64,000 bases of DNA from the NCBI GenBank assembly GCA_942492905.1, contig OW818657.1, forward strand, positions 3,456,022-3,520,021. The letters are read 5' to 3'. The position numbers were made by a program, and so were the translations under genes. Numbering within the stretch: the first letter of the stretch is position 1; every line of letters begins with the position of its first letter. This document shows, piece by piece, positions 52,919 to 61,845 of this stretch. The stretch comes from an uncultured Verrucomicrobiota bacterium (GTDB lineage Bacteria > Verrucomicrobiota > Verrucomicrobiia > Verrucomicrobiales > V1-33). The notes under the pieces were generated by a model, which did not search any database, was not told where the DNA came from, and saw only the letters and a program-made list of their open reading frames with translations.

Positions 52919-55900
52919 TCACGGGACGATTTCGAAAATCCGGTAGAATCGTTCCGGTTCCGCCGAGGGAGCGCGTTCAGTGGCAGGCGGACCGGGATCG
53001 ATCCAGCTTTCCAGCGGCAGGGTCGCTGAAAGAGCCGATGGCACGTTGACCCAGCGCAGGAGATCGGCGCTTGACTGCATCAAATATTTCCGGCCCGGCG
53101 TGGCGGTCCATTCGAGACGGTAGGACTGCTGCTCCAGCGCGGGAAAAATCGCCAGAGCCAGCGGAATCGCACAAGGAGTGCCTGCCGGAGGAATCGCGAT
53201 GTCGCGCCGGATAAAGGCGGTGGCGGTGGTGACTACTTCGTCAGGAGACACCATGCCCGGGAGCACCTCGGAGCCTGAGAGACGGTTGGCCTCGACTTCC
53301 GCAGCGCTCAGAACGCGGCTGTGGAGGCGGAACTCCTCGAAGGTGGCTGCCACATGTGGATAGTTGGTGAAGTTGCCGCGGCCCAGCCAATTATTGACAT
53401 CCCGCAGATCGGACAGGTTGAACGGAATGCTGTTCAACTCCCCCATCAGGACGCCATCGCGGTAGTAGCGCAAGGCCATCTGACCAGAGGTGGAATTGTC
53501 CACCGTCACCACGAAATGAATGGGCTGCCCGATCACAGTGACTGAGGCAGAATCGTGATAGTATTCCCCGGCCGGACCGTCCTCATAATTTCTGACCGCG
53601 AAACGTTGCAGGTTGTGGTCGGTTTCCCGGCTGCTGGTCAGCGCAATATAATCCAGCCCCTCTTCGCTGCCGCCATTGGTGTTGCCGGGGCCGCTGATTT
53701 CGCCAGCCGCTCCACCGGGACTGCTGGAACCGAAGCTGAAGAAATGCCCCCAGCGGGCTGTGGCCGCATTGACGGTGACCCAGCCTTCGAAGGAAACCTG
53801 CCGGAGCGGGGAAATGAGCCCATTGGGCAGATCAACGTAAGCGGCGGCTTCCGGTGATCCACCGGGCAGCAGGATGCCGAGGCCGGTGCTCTGGGCTCCG
53901 GCTCCGCGGATGAATCCATGGGCTCCACCAATGCTATCGGTGAGTATTGTGCCGGAAGGGGCGGCTCCCACCGCTTCCCCAAAACTCCAGCGGTGACTCA
54001 GCGTCGGGGGAGTCACGCCGCCAGTCACGCTGGCTCCAACAATCGTCGTCTCCGCAGCGGTGGCCAACGCCGTCAGGGTAACAGTAGCCGGCTTCCCCTG
54101 GGCGATACTCCCCATTACGGCGGTCAGGATATTGCCCGATACCGACGCCGTGCCCTGGCTGGCTCCTGTGGAAATCAGCACCAGCCCGGATGGGATGGGT
54201 GAAGCCAATTGAACCCCGAAGGCCAGAGTTGGCGAGTTATTGGAGACCGTGAAGGTGTAGGTCACCCGACAACCGGCCAACGGCTGCGCGGGATCGGTCG
54301 TGATTGCCAGATGCAAATCCGGCAGCGGTGGCGCCTCCAGAACATTTACGGAACCGCTTGCGGTGGCCCCGCGGAGCATCGAGCCCACCGGTCCTGACGC
54401 TTCGACCGTGAGCGTCGCCCTCCCCGGCACGTCCGCCCGCAGGCGTATGCTGTAACCTGCGGTCCCGCCAGCCACGAGGGCGCGTGGTGGAAAGTGGACA
54501 ACGCCATCCAGCGGCACCGCGCCGCCCGTGGCGGACACAAACGTGGTGCCTGCAGGCAGCGTGGCACTCAGCATGGCATCGGCGGCGGGCTGCGTTCCGC
54601 GATTGGCCAGGACCAATTCGAAGCTGAATTCATCCCCCGCATTCACCACCTCCACCGTGGTGCGCACGGAGGCCGCCAGAGGGATGACCCCTCCGACGGT
54701 TAAGCTGGCCGTGGAAAGGTTGTTTGCCGGTGCTGGATCGAAGGCGCCGCCGGAGACCTGCGCCACATTGCTGTAAGCACCCGCCGCATGACCTGACAAA
54801 AGCAGGGAAACTTCCCGGGTTTCCCCAAAGGCCAAATCGCCCAGCGCGATGGTCAGGACTTCTCCTGACTGCTGGACCTCACCGCCCCCGGCGGCACTTC
54901 CCATCAGGGTGATGCCCGTCGGAATGATGTCCGTCAGGATCACGCCAGAAGCGGGGCGCAGGCCGGCATTCGTTACCTTGAGGGTGCAGGTCGTCAATTC
55001 CCCCGGAGCGACTATTGCGGGCGAAAAGGTCTGCGTCACTGCGAGGTCGGTGCCGCTGCAACAATCATCGGTCAGGGTAAGCGCCGTGACCACGGCATCC
55101 AGTCCGGTGCTGTCGTAGAGATTGCTGTTGCCGCCTATTCCCAGGGAAAAGTCCACGGTTTCGCCCATCGCCAGACTCACCGTCAGGTCGAACGGCTTCC
55201 GCTGTTCAAAGCCATTCACATAGTCCGAGAACAAAGTCAGCGCCAGGTCACCATTCTTCAGCAGTGCGACATCCGTACCGTTGGGCGAAACATCTATGCC
55301 CTGGAAGCGGCCCTGAACCCGGTAGACCCCACCCGCCGGAGCGGTCCAGCGCAGCACGGCGTTCCGCCCATCGTAGCTGGGATCCATCCCCAGAAGATCC
55401 GGCGGCTGACGGATGGTCTGGCTGGCAATTGTTTGATCCTGGCGGCTGCGGTAGACCCACGGACCATTGGAGGTGGCACCCCAAAAAAACCAACGCGTAT
55501 CCACCGCCATCACCTGTACGCTGGGAAGAAATGGCGTGCCGCGCGTGGTGCTGAAGCCGCAGGTCCAGACCCCGATCGGATTCAGCACTGCTGTGAGATC
55601 CGCATTCGCATTCATCGTCCTGTCCGGGCCAAACGGAAACGCGGCCTGGGCCGCCACGCGATTTGGCGGCAACACCCCTTCATAAACCCGGAGCAGCGCG
55701 ATCTCACCATCAGCGAAGTCACTGCTGCCTGCCCCGCTGGTGTTGGCGGCGAAAAAATGCAGCAGGCCGGAAGCCGTCAGGTTCAGATCATTCACACCGG
55801 TCAGCACACTCTGCCTGATTCCGTCCAGGTAGGTCGTCACATTGCCGCCCGGGGCCACGGTGAGGACGACATGGTGGAACAGCAGGGGCGCAGCCGGGTT

Positions 55901-58900
55901 GGTGCCCGCGGTGGCAGTGCCCACCTGGAGCTGATTCTGCGAATCCAAAGAGAGCCCGGAAGGATTGGCCCGGTCTGACGCATCCATGAGCCGCCGCACC
56001 CCGCCGGCTTCCTCCGTGAACCGGAAGAGCATTTCGACAGAATAATTCTCTGCGGGCAGCAAGCCTCCGGCAGGTAAAGTCAGGCCTGCCGTCTCCCCTG
56101 CCGCCTGGTTTCCATTCCATAGATAGACCCGGCGGGTCCGGCCATTTACGTCAGTCGTCGTGAAACCATCCGCATTCTGAGGATCAATCGCCCTGAGTGG
56201 CGGAGCATCAGGTTCGCAGGCCGCGAGGGTGTCTTCAAATTGATAGACCGCTTTCAGCGTGACAGCACCGGCGGGCACGATGGAGAGGGGAATCACCGCG
56301 GCATTGTCGGCCGGAGCCGATTCATCCTCGACTGCCGACACGTTTACCTCGTGTATCAGGGCGCCCAGCGATTCGGCGTTGAGCACGAACTCCAAAGTCA
56401 CCGACTCACCCGGAGCCAGACTGCCCAGCATGGCGGTGATGACCCCACCCGCGTGGGTCACGGTGCCGCGTCCGGTCGTGGCGGTCTCATAGGACAGTCC
56501 GGCTGGCAAGGTGTCCTGCACCGTAACGGCATTGGCCATGCCCGGGCCTTTGTTGGTGACCACCAGACGGACAATGACAGGGCTGCCGATGACGACTGAA
56601 GCCGGAGCACTCTGGGTTACCATGAGATCCACCGGCTGATCATCGGACAGCAGCCACACGACGGCATTTTTGAAAAGCTTTCTCCGCTCCTCCCGGCCCG
56701 CCATGGTGGGAACCTGGGTGAAAAGAAGTTCGTTCTGGGTCACGCTTTTCCGGCGCGTCACCGGATCGCGGAACGCCACCAGCGAATCAGCCCCGCTGGA
56801 ACGGGCGAGGATCACTTCACCCGGCAGTCCGGTGGCCGTGGTATTATCAGGATCCCAGTTGTAGATGGAATCACCGACGGGGCCGGAAATCCCATTGGTC
56901 ACGGGATGCGTCAAACTAGCAATCGTCTGTCCACCATTGCCAATGTTAAACGAAGTTGGCTGGAGGTGAATCAGATTCGTCCAGTTCGTCGCCTGGGGCT
57001 CGGGGATACTGGCGTAATTGGTGACATAAGCCAGATCGTCGCCAATGAAAAAGAGGGGACGGCCGGAGTCGGCCACCGCCTGAAAAATGTCGATCAATGG
57101 CGCACGGACTCCGAAGGCCGCGTAGCTAAGATCATTCCAGATGATGAGCCGGTAGGGAGCCAGCGCCGTTATCGTCAGGCCTTCATCATCAAAAATTTGC
57201 GCACTCATGCCCAGCTCGGAAAGATATTCCTGAAGTTTGGGAATCTCCAGGTCGTCAAGATTGCGGATAATGGCCACCGAGGCGGCCGGGTCGGTGCCCA
57301 GCACCCGGATCGAAGGGTGGTTATTGGCCTCTTCCGGATCGTGATCGGCCGAGGCCACGCTGCTTACAGCCACCAGCGGATGCGCGGCCTGCACAGTGCC
57401 CGTGATTTCAAAAACGGCACTGCCGCCACTGGCCAGCGATGCCGCAGACACAGTGACCACGCCATCGGCGTGGCTCGCGCCTCCGGTGCCGGAGACAAAT
57501 ACCATTCCTGCCGGCAGCGTGGTGTTGGCGGTGACCTCGCTGGCAGCGTCCGGACCCGCATTGCTGAGGGTAAGTGTGAAAGTGACATTGGTATTCAGCG
57601 GAACGGAGGATGCGGACGCGCTGAGCACTGCCGACAGGTTCGCGGTGGTGGTGGGGGCCGCGAGCACGGCGATGGACGAAGTGGCGGTCGCACCATTGGC
57701 GTCGCGGCTGTCGCTGGTGGCCGTGGCCAGATTCACCGCTTCGCCGGCAAATTGCGGTTCGACCGTGAGTGACACCACGCGACTGGCCCCACTGGCGAGG
57801 GTGCCCAGCAGGAAGGAAGCCTGACCACTCCCGAGGGATGCCGGGGCGGACTTGGCGCCGACAAACCGCGCGCCGGCGGGCAAACGATCCAGCAAAGTCA
57901 CATTCACCGCGTCATCAGGACCGTTATTGGTCACCGTGACCATCCATGTCGCGGGCAGGCCAATCCGTGCCGAAGCCGGTGGGGTTTGCGTGACCGTCAG
58001 ATCCGAAACCGCCGGAGGCAAGGCGATAGCCGAGAGCAGGATGGAAGTTTCGTTATTGGCGAAGCTGGCCTCGTTCTGCGCCCCGAAGACCTGAGCATAG
58101 GCCAGGCCGCTGCCCGCCTGGGTGGGACGCACCGTGACGGTCGCCACCGTGTTGGCACCATTGGCGAGATCCGGCAGCGTAATCCGCACCAGCCCATCAT
58201 CGCTGCTCAGCGCGGTTGGCGATGAAGTGAGGAACGTGACGTTTTCCGGCAGTTGCGTTTCCAGCACGAGGCCTGCCGCCTGATCAGGACCGGCATTGGC
58301 GGTGGTGAACGTGATCATTTGAGTTCCCCCCAGGGCCACTGTCGAAGGCAGCACCGCAGCGCTCAGATTCAGGTCCGCCGAAAGTGGCGATGGAGCATTC
58401 ACCCGCACGCTGGCGGTGCTGGTGTTGTTTGCCGCTTCAAAGTCCGTTGTCCCGGAACTCACTCCAGCGATGGTTTGATAGCTCCCGGCGGCAGCAGCCG
58501 TGGTCTGCACCCACACCGTCGCGATCCCGCCCGCCGCCACGGTGCCGAGATTCACCGTTACCTTGCCATCGCTTTGCGAGGCCGTGCCAAAGCTGGCGGA
58601 AGCGCGCACAAAGGCCAGCCCCGCCGGCAGTGCCTGAGTGACAACAACATTTGCCGCGGCACCTGGCCCGTGATTCTCCACCGTCATCACCCAGGTGAAT
58701 TCCGCACCGGATTGCACCGGGGCCGCCGGAGCTTCCAACGACAAGGCCAAGTCCGCCAGCGGCGACGGTTTCGTGACCGTGACCAGCCATACCCGTGTCC
58801 GGCGAAGCCCGGTCGGGTCAGTAGCCGTTACCGACAATTCCCGCACGCCCTGATGTGTGGCATTGGGCGTGAATGAATAATCCGCAGCGGTGCCCACCTC

Positions 58901-60727
58901 CACCCCGTCGAGAGTCCAGCCCAGTGAAGTCGCTCCGCCTTCTGGATCTGCCGCCGTGATCGAGAATAGCTTGTTGGCACCGACTTCCAATTCCACCGCA
59001 GCTTCTGGCGGGGTGGCAGCGGTGAGCGCCGGCGGCAGATTTGATGTGGTAACGGTCAGCGGCGCGTAGGCGAAACTGGATCGACCGCCGTCATTCGTCA
59101 CCCTTACCCCCGCGAAACCTGTCCCTGCGGAAGGCATCGTTACCGATGGGGTGGCTCCCGTCGCGTCGTCGAAATCGCCGTCCCCATCAAGATCCCACTC
59201 GAATGCCATTTCCCGTCCGTGGGCATCGGCGGCGACCACAGAAAAAGCCAGCGCGGAGCCGGCTGGACCGCTGAATGGCCCACCGATGCTCACTGTAGGA
59301 TCGTCCCGGTCGATGGATGCCTCTGCCAGCAGCGCTGCGATGACCGCATTCATCTCCACAGCCAGTTGGTTATAGCCAGTCGATCCCGCCACGCCCGCCG
59401 CCATTTTTGCATCCAGCGCCGTCAACCATTCTGCTTTCGATCCCGTCTGCGGCTGGGCCAGGAAACGATTCAGCGCCACCACAATCTCCGGGCCGCTGAT
59501 GCCGAGATCGGCCAGATATTGTTTTTCCACGGCGGTAAAGCCACTGCTGCGCAGCCTCGCCTGCAGCAGGCGGTTCTGATTCAGCAGAGCATCAAAATCC
59601 AACATACTCCCTATCGTTGCGGCCTTCATTGCCCCCCAGACCGGCTGATTGCGGCTGATTTCCCCCGCCAACAGTCCGGCAAAGTGGGCCACCCCGCGGG
59701 CATGGGCCAAGGCCCAGCGGCCATTTTGCGCTGCCGCCGCTCCTTGGTATTTTTCAAGACTCGCGAGGAGCGCCGCCTCGAGAAGCGCTTCACGGTCGAT
59801 CGCATTGGCAAACGCCCCCGCCGCCGCAAACAGCGGCTCCGCATCCGTCTCCCAGGCCCCTGCGGCCTGGCCCAACACCACCACCTGGGAAAAGTCCGGA
59901 TCAGGCGGATCCGCGACCAGACCCAGCCCCTGCTTCATTTTATTCGCCAGCGCATTGCGGGCCGCCGTGAATCCCAGCTTGAACGGAGCATCGTCGTCCG
60001 GTTCATTTTTGAACTCTTTGACAATCGCCTTGAATACGTCCTTCACCTTTGAGTCCATCCCGTCTCCGGCAATTTTGTCGTAGGCGATCTCGATGACCCG
60101 GAACGCCGCATTCAGTTGCGAGGCCGCTTTGAACTCTGCATTTCCGGCAGCCTTCATCGCGGTGATCCCCGGATTGGGCAGGGCTGGCACTCCCACCGGC
60201 ACTGCTACCGTAATGGCAGGAGCCTGCCCCCGGCCACCAAGATAAAGGTCGAAATCCGGCTCGAAATACCCGTTCTGATGCTCGTCCACGACCACATCAT
60301 AATCGCCTGACATCAGCAACCCCTGCGGAGCCGTGGAGGCGATTTGCTGCTCGAAAAACCCACCCCCGCCTGTTCCCAGCACCGTATTGGGAGCGCCTGC
60401 CACATCCGACAGGAACAGATGAAGGTTCGGCCCCCCCATTCCGTGGTAATAGCCATGCCGCACGATATACACATCGGAAGCCGGTTGCACAAAATCCTGC
60501 ACCGGACTGCCGGCATTCGCCCCCTCAGGCCTCGGATCACGCCGGCCGTAGTAGGTGATATTGCCGGAGATGGTGATGATTTCATTGGCCCCGAACCCCG
60601 CCTGGTCCGTGCCGGAGGAGTCAAAAAAGAGCTGGCTGTGGTTGCTTGATTGGGCCGGCGCTTCGGGAGCACTCCAGCCAAGGCCCAGACAGGTGACTAA
60701 AAGGAAGGGGAGGACGGAAATTCTCAT
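52919..60727 (-). CDS. giant secreted protein (2602 aa): helical N-region, PKD-like domain, three DUF11-type repeat arrays, GATase1/ThuA-like insert (tentative), two LamG-like domains, conserved C-terminal tail
   Basis: Signal peptide MRISVLPFLLVTCLGLGWSAPEAPA, with SD gggagga 5 nt upstream. PKD-like FEWDLDGDGDFDD. DUF11-type units (DL.[LV]....P......G....[WY]...V.N.GP..A..V.....LP.G..FV). LamG-like YQFEDTL.. and LSHRWSFGE... Tail YRLEWTATPGRKYLMQSSADLLRW..ERFYRIFEIVP. Confidence 0.85.
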   Translation of the reverse strand: MRISVLPFLLVTCLGLGWSAPEAPAQSSNHSQLFFDSSGTDQAGFGANEIITISGNITYYGRRDPRPEGANAGSPVQDFVQPASDVYIVRHGYYHGMGGPNLHLFLSDVAGAPNTVLGTGGGGFFEQQIASTAPQGLLMSGDYDVVVDEHQNGYFEPDFDLYLGGRGQAPAITVAVPVGVPALPNPGITAMKAAGNAEFKAASQLNAAFRVIEIAYDKIAGDGMDSKVKDVFKAIVKEFKNEPDDDAPFKLGFTAARNALANKMKQGLGLVADPPDPDFSQVVVLGQAAGAWETDAEPLFAAAGAFANAIDREALLEAALLASLEKYQGAAAAQNGRWALAHARGVAHFAGLLAGEISRNQPVWGAMKAATIGSMLDFDALLNQNRLLQARLRSSGFTAVEKQYLADLGISGPEIVVALNRFLAQPQTGSKAEWLTALDAKMAAGVAGSTGYNQLAVEMNAVIAALLAEASIDRDDPTVSIGGPFSGPAGSALAFSVVAADAHGREMAFEWDLDGDGDFDDATGATPSVTMPSAGTGFAGVRVTNDGGRSSFAYAPLTVTTSNLPPALTAATPPEAAVELEVGANKLFSITAADPEGGATSLGWTLDGVEVGTAADYSFTPNATHQGVRELSVTATDPTGLRRTRVWLVTVTKPSPLADLALSLEAPAAPVQSGAEFTWVMTVENHGPGAAANVVVTQALPAGLAFVRASASFGTASQSDGKVTVNLGTVAAGGIATVWVQTTAAAAGSYQTIAGVSSGTTDFEAANNTSTASVRVNAPSPLSADLNLSAAVLPSTVALGGTQMITFTTANAGPDQAAGLVLETQLPENVTFLTSSPTALSSDDGLVRITLPDLANGANTVATVTVRPTQAGSGLAYAQVFGAQNEASFANNETSILLSAIALPPAVSDLTVTQTPPASARIGLPATWMVTVTNNGPDDAVNVTLLDRLPAGARFVGAKSAPASLGSGQASFLLGTLASGASRVVSLTVEPQFAGEAVNLATATSDSRDANGATATSSIAVLAAPTTTANLSAVLSASASSVPLNTNVTFTLTLSNAGPDAASEVTANTTLPAGMVFVSGTGGASHADGVVTVSAASLASGGSAVFEITGTVQAAHPLVAVSSVASADHDPEEANNHPSIRVLGTDPAASVAIIRNLDDLEIPKLQEYLSELGMSAQIFDDEGLTITALAPYRLIIWNDLSYAAFGVRAPLIDIFQAVADSGRPLFFIGDDLAYVTNYASIPEPQATNWTNLIHLQPTSFNIGNGGQTIASLTHPVTNGISGPVGDSIYNWDPDNTTATGLPGEVILARSSGADSLVAFRDPVTRRKSVTQNELLFTQVPTMAGREERRKLFKNAVVWLLSDDQPVDLMVTQSAPASVVIGSPVIVRLVVTNKGPGMANAVTVQDTLPAGLSYETATTGRGTVTHAGGVITAMLGSLAPGESVTLEFVLNAESLGALIHEVNVSAVEDESAPADNAAVIPLSIVPAGAVTLKAVYQFEDTLAACEPDAPPLRAIDPQNADGFTTTDVNGRTRRVYLWNGNQAAGETAGLTLPAGGLLPAENYSVEMLFRFTEEAGGVRRLMDASDRANPSGLSLDSQNQLQVGTATAGTNPAAPLLFHHVVLTVAPGGNVTTYLDGIRQSVLTGVNDLNLTASGLLHFFAANTSGAGSSDFADGEIALLRVYEGVLPPNRVAAQAAFPFGPDRTMNANADLTAVLNPIGVWTCGFSTTRGTPFLPSVQVMAVDTRWFFWGATSNGPWVYRSRQDQTIASQTIRQPPDLLGMDPSYDGRNAVLRWTAPAGGVYRVQGRFQGIDVSPNGTDVALLKNGDLALTLFSDYVNGFEQRKPFDLTVSLAMGETVDFSLGIGGNSNLYDSTGLDAVVTALTLTDDCCSGTDLAVTQTFSPAIVAPGELTTCTLKVTNAGLRPASGVILTDIIPTGITLMGSAAGGGEVQQSGEVLTIALGDLAFGETREVSLLLSGHAAGAYSNVAQVSGGAFDPAPANNLSTASLTVGGVIPLAASVRTTVEVVNAGDEFSFELVLANRGTQPAADAMLSATLPAGTTFVSATGGAVPLDGVVHFPPRALVAGGTAGYSIRLRADVPGRATLTVEASGPVGSMLRGATASGSVNVLEAPPLPDLHLAITTDPAQPLAGCRVTYTFTVSNNSPTLAFGVQLASPIPSGLVLISTGASQGTASVSGNILTAVMGSIAQGKPATVTLTALATAAETTIVGASVTGGVTPPTLSHRWSFGEAVGAAPSGTILTDSIGGAHGFIRGAGAQSTGLGILLPGGSPEAAAYVDLPNGLISPLRQVSFEGWVTVNAATARWGHFFSFGSSSPGGAAGEISGPGNTNGGSEEGLDYIALTSSRETDHNLQRFAVRNYEDGPAGEYYHDSASVTVIGQPIHFVVTVDNSTSGQMALRYYRDGVLMGELNSIPFNLSDLRDVNNWLGRGNFTNYPHVAATFEEFRLHSRVLSAAEVEANRLSGSEVLPGMVSPDEVVTTATAFIRRDIAIPPAGTPCAIPLALAIFPALEQQSYRLEWTATPGRKYLMQSSADLLRWVNVPSALSATLPLESWIDPGPPATERAPSAEPERFYRIFEIVP
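57290..58765 (-). repeat. first DUF11-type repeat array (about 5 units) in the 2602-aa protein
   Basis: ADLALSLEAPAAPVQSGAEFTWVMTVENHGPGAAANVVVTQALPAGLAFV; SADLNLSA..ITFTTANAGPDQAAGLVLETQLPENVTFL; VSDLTVTQ..TWMVTVTNNGPDDAVNVTLLDRLPAGARFV; ANLSAVLSA..VTFTLTLSNAGPDAASEVTANTTLPAGMVFV. Confidence 0.75.
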
Positions 60728-60784
60728 CGGTTCCTCCCGTATTCGTCTCCTTCAGCACGCCGTTACGCACAAAGTAAAAAATTT

Positions 60785-60802
60785 CCGCATTTTTCAATGC
60801 GG
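60785..60802. promoter_or_regulatory. inverted repeat CCGCATT-tttc-AATGCGG in the 116-bp divergent region between the giant gene and the ECF sigma gene
   Basis: Read directly. 7-bp perfect arms with a 4-nt spacer, roughly centred between the two start codons (60727 and 60844). Confidence 0.35.
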
Positions 60803-60843
60803 TCATTGTTTGCCGGGGCGGGTTCGGGTAGCTTCATGGGCAG

Positions 60844-61572
60844 ATGCCGGAAAATGAACTCAGTACCCCGCAATTTCCAGCCACCCGCTGGAGCGTGGTC
60901 CTGACCGCCTCCGGCTATGGGACGGATGCCCGTGCCGCCCTGGAGGAACTCTGCCGGCTTTATTGGTTCCCCCTCTACGCCTTCGCCCGCCAGCGCGGAT
61001 GTGGCCCTGAGGATGCGGAGGATGAAGTCCAGGACTTTCTTTCCCAAGTGGCCGCCGGAGACTTCCTCGCCGGCGCGGCCCCGGACCGAGGCCGTCTGCG
61101 CACCTACCTGCTCGCCGCCTTTCAGCACGATCTCATCGATGCCCATCGCCGCGCCCATCGCCTGAAGCGGGGCGGACGCGCGCAATTCGTGACCATCGAA
61201 GCCATGGAGGCCGAGACCCGCTTCAACAGTACCCCCATGAGCAATTCCGCGGTGGCGGCCTACGACCGTGCCTGGGCCATGACCTGCCTTGATGCCGCCA
61301 TGACCGCTCTCGAGGCCGAATATTCCACCCGGGAACGCGCCGCGCTCTTTCAAACCCTGCGCTCGTTTCTCGATCCCGTGCATGATGGCGACTACACGGT
61401 GGCCGGCCAAGCCACCGGCCTGGGGCCCAACGCCCTCCGCCAGGCCGTCTTCCGGCTCCGTCAACGGTTCCGCGCTCATCTGCGGCAATGCATTGCCGGC
61501 ACCCTCGATCATCCATCCGAAATTCTCATCGATGAGGAATTGACCGCCCTGCGCAACGCCCTCTCGGCCTGA
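60844..61572 (+). CDS. ECF-like sigma-70-family RNA polymerase sigma factor (PVC/myxobacterial 'TRWS' type)
   Basis: N-terminal PATRWSVVLTA..ALEELCRLYWFPLYAFARQRGCGPEDAEDEVQDFL (region 2). KRGG linker. Region 4 GLGPNALRQAVFRLRQRFRAHLRQCIAGTL. Confidence 0.85.
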   Translation: MPENELSTPQFPATRWSVVLTASGYGTDARAALEELCRLYWFPLYAFARQRGCGPEDAEDEVQDFLSQVAAGDFLAGAAPDRGRLRTYLLAAFQHDLIDAHRRAHRLKRGGRAQFVTIEAMEAETRFNSTPMSNSAVAAYDRAWAMTCLDAAMTALEAEYSTRERAALFQTLRSFLDPVHDGDYTVAGQATGLGPNALRQAVFRLRQRFRAHLRQCIAGTLDHPSEILIDEELTALRNALSA

Positions 61573-61845
61573 CGCCCGCCGTGTTGGATTGAACAAAACC
61601 CCGCGCACGGTTTCTGTGAATAGGTCTTTCCTCCGGGCAGCTGGCTCCTCACACTTCACACCAGGTCCCGCCCTGCTGGACCGCATGGTGAGCGGCAAAA
61701 CCGCAGCCCCCCGAGGAACACCGCCTCCCGGCATCGCCACCGCCAGTCCACCGATTTTCCGGTTTGTGGCGCGGCCATCCTGCCGTCCCTCCGCTGTATG
61801 TTCCCGCCCCCGATCCTACGTTTCACTCCAAGCCCTTTCCCGCCT

